In this document: positions 56,701 through 64,000 of the stretch, piece after piece | Numbering within the stretch: the first letter of the stretch is position 1 | Layout of the letters: each line of letters starts with the position of its first letter | DNA from: Macrostomum lignano | Lineage: Eukaryota | Assembly (NCBI GenBank): GCA_002269645.1 | Contig: NIVC01003185.1 | Location: forward strand, 1-64,000 | DNA: 64,000 nucleotides | Direction of reading: 5' to 3' | Made by a program: the position numbers and the translations under genes | Notes under the pieces: model-generated | The model's input: only the letters and a program-made list of their open reading frames with translations | Databases searched by the model: none | Told to the model about the DNA's origin: nothing

Positions 56701-58835
56701 TTGATAAAATTAGGAAAATATCAGCCGATAAAATTGGGAGAATCCCAGCTGATAAAATTGGGGAATCCCAGCCGATAAAATTGGCAGAATCCCAGTTCCA
56801 GCTGATAAAATTAGGAAAATATCAGCCGATAAAATTGGGAGAATCCCAGTTCCAGCTGATAAAATTGGGGAAGCCCAGCCGATAAAATTGGGAGAATCCC
56901 AGTTCCAGCTGATAAAATTAGGGGAATTCCAGCTGATAAAATTGGGAGAATCCCAAGTGATAAAATTAGGAGATTACCAGGTGATAATATTGGGAGATTA
57001 TCAATATATTGCTACAACAGACTCAAATAGTGCCATAAAAATGCTCAGTACCCAACGGTTACCTGCATATCTGAAGTGCTGGACAGTCGCCGCTGCGGCT
57101 GCTGATCACCTTCCAGCCGCTTTTGCAGATTCTTCTTTTCAGCCTCCAGTTTTTCCATTTGCTTCCACAGGCGATTGACCAAGGACTCCTGATTACATTA
57201 CATACAACATGCAGTAAATGGATTAGAAAGACATCTACTCAAAAGATGTCACTTAGAAAGTTAAAGACAACACTCGTATTACACTACACCATCTTCAAAG
57301 TATGGAGTATCAACAATGATATTAGATTTCATATTTAGGCTCACTAAATATTTTGACAAATTGTCAATGAATTTGTCACTGACAGTGAAATCGTCAGGCA
57401 GTCAAATTGTCACAAATGGTCAAATTGTCACAAATTGTCACTGATTGTCAAATTGTCACTGATTGTCACAAATTGTCACTGATTGTCACAAATTGTCACT
57501 GATTGTCACAAATTGTCAAATTGTCACTGATTGTCACAAATTGTCAAATTGACACTGACTGACAGTAAAATTGTCACAAATTGTCAAATTGTCATTGATT
57601 GACAGTAAAATTGTCACAAATTGTCAAATTGTCACTGATTGACAGTCAAATTGTCACTGATTGACAGTCAAATTGTCACTGATTGACAGTCAAATTGTCA
57701 CTGATTGACAGTCAAATTGTCACTGATTGACAGTCAAATTGTCACTGATTGACAGTCAAATTGTCACTGATTGACAGTCAAATTGTCACTGATTGACAGT
57801 CAAATTGTCACTGATTGACAGTCAAATTGTCACTGATTGACAGTCAAATTGTCACTGATTGACAGTCAAATTGTCACTGATTGACAGTCAAATTGTCACT
57901 GATTGACAGTCAAATTGTCACTGATTGACAGTCAAATTGTCACTATAGACAGTGAAATTTTAACAGTGAAATATTATTGCTTATTGAATCTTGATCGTCA
58001 CAAATTAACAATTGTTCAACTCTACCTAATTAAAAATCCTGCATTTAAGATTAGGTATTTTATGAAAGCAAAAGAAACTTTATTTACCTGCTCCTGTTCG
58101 AGAGAATTCTCCAAAGCCACCTTCTCCTGGCGCAACTGGTCCAAAGCCGATTGCTTGGCGGTGACCTCGTTTTCAAGGCGGTCGATACGTTTCAATAATT
58201 TATTAACTTGAGCCTCCTGTTCGCGTTCTAGCTGCGCCTCTAGGTCAACTTTCTCCTGCTGTAGAGTGCGCAAGCGTTTAGTTAAATCGTTTGTAAGATG
58301 CTCCTCTTCTTGTTCGTAGCTTTGCGCTAATCGCTCTTTCTCCTGCTGCAGACTCTGTATCTTCTTTAGCATTGTATTGGTGATGTACTCCTCTTCTTGC
58401 TCTGCCTGAGCCTGTATGTTAACGCTGGTCCGGCGCAGACTTTGATTCTCCTGCTGAAGCGACTTGATGCTCAGCTTCAGAGTCTCCGCTTCCATGCGAA
58501 GAACTCGCTTCTCCTAAAGTTATTTTCAATTAATAAATAAGGACTTGAAATTCACAAACTCAAAACTTCAGGATTCAATAAAACTTAAAATGCACAAAGA
58601 CAATAATTCACAATCATAACACTTCACAGAGTCAAAATTTCACAATCATTAAACTGCACAAAAACAAGAACTCACTATTCAATTGAAAAAAGATTAGTAT
58701 ATTAGACAATACCTGCAAAAGAGAGTCCATTCGACACTTCAACGATTCAAAACTGAGACCAGCTGATGCTGAGCTGCTTCCATCAATAGATGAGGCATCA
58801 GATTCTGAGGCACTGTCACAATGCATAGAAGCCAT
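53703..58835 (-). CDS. CCDC6: Coiled-coil domain-containing protein 6: exons 58835-58713, 58513-58088, 57188-57063, 54071-53703 (347 aa)
   Basis: [41 protein letters not shown]|[26 protein letters not shown]; all phase-0 GT-AG junctions. Confidence 0.92.
54173..57000. repeat. 24-bp minisatellite (GATAAAATTGGGAGAATCCTAGGT / GATAAAATTGGGGGAATCCCAGCT), over 110 copies, CCDC6 intron 3
   Basis: Direct periodicity; 8-aa repeats; variant blocks recur at about 989 bp. Confidence 0.95.
57350..57955. repeat. 22-bp minisatellite (CAAATTGTCACTGATTGACAGT), CCDC6 intron 2
   Basis: Perfect units at about 57640-57940 that decay leftwards. Confidence 0.93.
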
Positions 58836-60329
58836 AGTACCTGTGTGATTGCTAATTTATATGCATAAAGAAATTGTTAAAAATAGACTATTTCATGCTT
58901 TGTTTGCAATGCACTGTCTACTTTACACTTTTATTATAGTTTATTTACTAAACTCAAAAGCTTAAATTATAAGTAAAAAACATGAATAAATAATTTATCA
59001 TTACTAATTATAAAATTTGACTTTTTAAAAAGCTCTTCAATAGTGGTTGTTTTAACCTAGTCTAGGAAATTATTATGAAAAAATGAGTCATAAATCTATT
59101 AAATTGACCATGCAAACATACACAACCAACTAGCAGCTGACTTGGCTGATGCAGTTAGAGTTTGGCCCAAGGACAAAGGCTCAAAATCCATGGACCCCCT
59201 GTGGAATTCTGCGGAATTTTTTCTCTCATTGGCTGAGGCTAACCCCCCCCCCCAGAACCAATGGTAGGAAGGTTTGAGTGGAGAATTCCTTGCTGCCCCA
59301 GTCATATAAGAAATAGTGTAAGACTTAGAGCTTAGTATTGTGTATTTCTATATTTCAGTATATTTTTAGCAAGCAGAAGCAGTTACACTATTATTAGTTA
59401 GTTTAATTACAGTAATTCGATTTATACTACACGAGGCCAACTCCTCCGCTAGAGGAGAAAGGGGATAGAACTCCCATCAGCTGAATCCTATGACCCAAAT
59501 CCCATCTTCCAAATTCTCTCTAAATCCTTTATAAACCTTCATAAACCAGATTGTTTTCCCTGTTTGCAAAAATTTACTGCCTGCCATCATCCAGACTGAG
59601 ACTCTCATCTGTCTCCTTTTCAACATTAAAATAGCCTATTTGTTGCATAAGAAAATTCTGCATTGATATTATATAAGTCCCGTATTTGAGTTGGCACCCA
59701 TCTAGGAGGAGATCGTGTCAAACCTGGCCAGTCCACCCACTCAGCTTTAGATATAAGATAATCATGAGCACCAAAGAAGATCGTATTCGAACAACCAAGG
59801 CACAAAAAGTATATTGGTGGCTTCTTGTAATCTTTGATATCAATGGCCTTACTGATGGCATCATGGAAAGGTGCGCCACCTGTTGTCAGTGATCAACTTA
59901 ACATTGAGGATGACAGAAGCCAGCAGTTAGTACAGGTACTTTGTGTGTCTGTTTTTCTATCAGCTTGTTTGCAGTGCAATGTAGGGATCAGTAAATATGT
60001 GAACTTTTTTTGTTTTTAACTGCCGATTACCTAAATTGCATTTTGCTAATCTGAAAATTTAGAAAACCAAAACATTCAGTTTTTCTAGAGGTTTCTATAA
60101 CTACTAGATCAAAGCAGCAGCAACAAGGTCTTTGAGTGCTGGCAAGAAAGCAGTGAAGCGACTGCAGCAATCGAGTGCCCAATCAACAGCTGGTGAAAAT
60201 CATGGCTAGACATGCTAAATCGTCTGAATCTGCAACAGTTGTCAGAATTATCAAGCCTGGCTCTCAGCAATCACAAGCAGCATGTCAGACGCCAGCAGCA
60301 GCAATGAGCGACCCATGCGTCAGGGAGAT

Positions 60330-61210
60330 TGTGAATACAACCTATCTTGATCGAGTGCTAGAGTGTCCAATAAATTATCACCTCAAATGTCTAACAAAAA
60401 TGACACCTGCATCATGAACAATCTGATTGCCAAATGCAGAGCATTGAAGGGATTCAACAAATGCTTAGAGAAATGAACTTTACATTATGCAGCCGTCATC
60501 AGTTGCATCCGCTCAGTGTGCTGCGGCTGATTTGCCAACATGAAAACCACAAAATAGGAGCAGCCTCAGACAGCAAAAGTGGCCTTCTGAAAGTCTAGGG
60601 CCAGGGCTGCAACCCGATTGCAATTAAGATCTGCAAACTGCTCGACAAAATCAGCCTTGCTGGATGGAAGATTGTGCTCTGCTAGACTCCAGCCCACTGC
60701 AGGCTGGAAGGCAACGAGGCTGCAGACAGAGTAGCTGGGGAAGCAACAGTGCTGCCCTAGGAAGAGGCGGGTATACTGGCAGGCCAGCATAGTCTGCAGA
60801 CGGCTGGCAGCAGACACTAAGGCCAAGAGCAGCAACAGCAAACACTGGACCCATAGCAAGATGGTGGACACGTACGGCAGCCACGGCACTGCAAGACACC
60901 CAGACTATAAGGATAGGGTAGAAGAGACCAGCTTCACGCATTTTTGTACTAGCCACTCACTGGAGCTGAGGGCCTACTGTCACAGGATCAGACGTTGCAC
61001 TGATGCAACCTGCCTAGTATGCGGGATAGAAGACGAAACAATGGAGCATGTTACTTGCCACTGCCCAACCACGGAACTCAGGAGAAGGATTGATGGGCTC
61101 ACCAAGCTGCACCACCTCAATGAACACTGGGAGGTAGCTCTCAGGTACTCAGGTTTGGTACCGCACACAGTGGAAAATAACTGAACAGTAGCAGTGGATG
61201 TTCAAGCCTT

Positions 61211-61242
<32 letters not shown>

Positions 61243-61280
61243 GGCCAACAACAGCAACAACAGCCACAACCACAATAGCA
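60330..61280 (+). mobile_element. Decayed 3' end of an I-group LINE (RNase H, CCHC knuckle, CAA/CAG-rich tail)
   Basis: ELY, SDSKSGL, *TPAHCRLEGNEAADRVA, CLVC-x8-H-x4-C; several stops; (CAA/CAG)n at 61205-61275. Confidence 0.8.
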
Positions 61281-61289
61281 GCAGCAGCA

Positions 61290-61995
61290 CAACCACGCAG
61301 ACTAGCTGGAGGAGAGCAGTTGTGTGCATGGATAGTAAGAGTGGCCTCCAAGTGGTTAGCAAGAGAGGAAAAAACCCGTTGGCTAATCGGATCAGAGAAG
61401 AGCTCAGCAAGCTGGAATAGGAAGAGAAGCGGGTGACCCTGCTTTGGATCCCTAGCCATTGTGGAATCGGCGGAAATGAAGAAGTGGACAAGGTGGCGGG
61501 CAAAGTGGTCAGAGAGATGTGGCATAACAATGCAAAAGTGTTAGCAAGCACGGTTGCAAAAAAAGCTAAGCCAGGCACTGCGGAAAGCAGAGAAGTGAGT
61601 GGAGGCATGAAAGAATGAAGAGGGTATATAAGAGCACATGCAGAGTTAAGAGAAATTCATGGTTTAGCTACAAAGAAAAAGAGGTGAGCTTCAGAAGAAT
61701 GTGCATGGGACACTTGACAGAGCTAGCAGCCTACAAGAAGAGATTGGACTACTAAAGGACTAGTGCCAGTACTGCAATATGGAGGAGACAATGCAGCACA
61801 TCTGGGACTGCCTGGAAATGGATGACAAGAGGTTGTGGTGCTATAATGGTCTGCAAGCAGTCTGTGAGCAACCAGAGGAAGCCTTAAAGTATTGGGAATG
61901 GTAGAAAAGCCTCCTGCCATGTGGTACCCATAAAAAGATCCTAGCTGTGGAGGCCTAGTAGTTGGCATCAACAACAACAACAACAACAGCAGCAG
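61290..61995 (+). mobile_element. Second decayed I-group LINE 3' end
   Basis: VTLLWIPSHCGIGGNEEVDKVA (RNase H), CQYCNMEETMQHIWDC (knuckle) and a (CAA)n tail at about 61967-61990. Confidence 0.75.
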
Positions 61996-64000
61996 ATTCA
62001 TAGCCAAGTTATAGAGCTGAGGTCAAGATCAGCAAGGACATAATACATCTGAGAAGAAATGCGCACATATAAGTTTATTGTATTATGAGTTTGTTTAGAG
62101 GGGTAGTTTTGACTAAATCAGTTTTTGTTTGACCACTTTATGTTGTCTTTTAATTTTTAAAATGTACAAACAAAGGAATATATTTCACAAACTAATATCT
62201 GACAAATCTAACCACTTTCTTTTCACAGTTAGACTCTGTCAGTATTTCCTATAGCCCAGACACATAGTGGCAGACTTTTGATACCTGCCTGCTTGCCGCA
62301 GCTGCAGCTCCATTGCTGACAGAAAAGAAACTGGCCCGGATGATTCACAGTGATTTGAGTCAAGCTTTATTACATTTCATTCTTATGAAATGATGAGTAT
62401 CAGTGAAAAAAGTCACAATCTACCCTTTATTTTGCTTAGCCTCTGACTCCATGCTTATAATACAGGTAGGGTGATTAAGTGACAAGTTGCTGACCTATCA
62501 CAGATGTCCACAGACTATTGAGGAGCTAATTCAGCAGCATGAATTCCTATTTGTATACTTTTGAACTGAATTAGGAAATTTCTGCAGAAGCATCTGCCTA
62601 TCCCTTACTTCAATATCATTATTAATATCTCAAAAAATATACAAACTATGCGAATTAAAGATTGAGTTGAAACTTTTTGAAAGTCCTAGCTTGAAATTTG
62701 ATTTTGTGTCTGTGGCAAAAACTATTTGGATGAAGCACCAATTTCACTATGTCTAGGCCAGTGACTGATATGGAAAAGCATTTAAGTAATGGCTCAGTAA
62801 AATTATTATAGTCTTTTTTATACTCTATTACTCATGCATTACTGTCCTGTTCTTAAATATTTTGAGGGGGTTATATCATATTACTATATGCCTCCTGAAG
62901 ACGGGGCCTTTATATTGCTAATAAATTGCTCAAAAGGAGAAGCTAGCGATTGTGATTTCTGACATCAATAACGATGCCAAACATGATCGAAAAATGACAA
63001 GTTCATGAAGCACTATTTGCTTATTGACTTTTATGAAACAGTGAACCTAGAGCTGATGGTTGAAGTACATTAATGCATGGTATTTTGCAAAGCTGCTCTC
63101 GCAACTCTAAGTTCCTAGATTCACAAGTTACAAAATGATAGCTGAATAATAGAGAATAAATTAGTATAAACACTGAAAAAGATTAAAGTTTTTATTATTT
63201 TATATTATGAGTAATAGTTTCAAATCTATTATTATATTAGTATTTATGATGATAGATTAAATATAATAATAAATAATATAACAATAGCTATTAGTTGCTC
63301 ATTAATTGTAGAGAATAGATAGGCCCTAATAAACATAATATTATAATGGCTATCTTTGTCTTATACCAGTCTAAAAACTAGGGAATACAAAACCCTGAGT
63401 TTTGCCAATACCAAGATTTTTTGGGATTGAGATATCCTAGACTTTAAACATCCTAGGATTCTTCCTTAGGATCAGGATATCCTAGACTTTGCCAATCCTG
63501 GGATCCTAACGAATTAGGCTAGAATTCTGGGATAAAAATTTTTCTAAATCTAACTTTTGATGGTACAATTTTGGTTTATACAGCTTTTAACCTAAGTTTA
63601 AAAGGGCTTTCAATGATAAAAGTATAATAGAATAAAAGATTTTGCTAACAAGAAATTGACATAAGTTTTGAATTGGAGTGTGAAATATAGGCTAGCACTG
63701 GTAAGTATAATAGATAGGCCTAAGCTTTTTTACATGCTAGTATTACCTTAGGAAAATCATACTTGATTATAATACACCCTATAACCTAGGGAATAATAGC
63801 TTATTATAGAACTATAGTATAGGCCTAGCTTGAGGTACTAATACTAGCCAAGGTAAAAGCAAATCAGACCTCACCCTCTTAGGGGCACCTGCCCTAGATG
63901 GATAATTGGTAGCTTGGTTTATGGTCTAATAGTAGGCCTATAGCAAGGTCCTACTGTTTTAATCCCAACTACAACCATAGAGTTTTGAAGAGAGTAGAGA

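Noticed and set aside
63370-63530. Cluster of GGATATCCTAGACTTT and GGGATCC motifs, possibly an old MITE
   Set aside because: Too degenerate to define TIRs, TSD or period.

Overview
Animal genomic DNA with GT-AG introns, GC-rich exons and AT-rich spacers. The species cannot be determined from the sequence; a repeat-rich invertebrate such as a free-living flatworm is only a guess. I reconstructed five conserved genes exon by exon: mitochondrial acyl carrier protein NDUFAB1 (-), IFT172 (+, 11 exons, 1751 aa), APH-1 (-), CWC27 (-) and CCDC6 (-). An apparently identical 10,200-bp tandem duplication (21265-31464 / 31465-41664) adds a headless IFT172 copy and an orphan APH-1 3' end; it is either a very recent CNV or a mis-assembly. 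Mobile DNA includes the 3' half of a Ty3/Gypsy element, a 5'-truncated APE-RT-RNase H LINE with an 8-bp TSD, a decayed mariner, RTE-like and I-group LINE fragments, two tRNA-derived SINE families and hAT-type MITEs. The most striking pattern is that 10 of the 23 introns are largely filled by a minisatellite private to that intron, and one of these arrays is built from AG|GT splice-site units. One SINE family shares a 3' stem-loop with the resident LINE, and the other carries a MIR-like CORE domain. I found no CRISPR array, rRNA or true tRNA gene, and no clearly novel protein-coding system.
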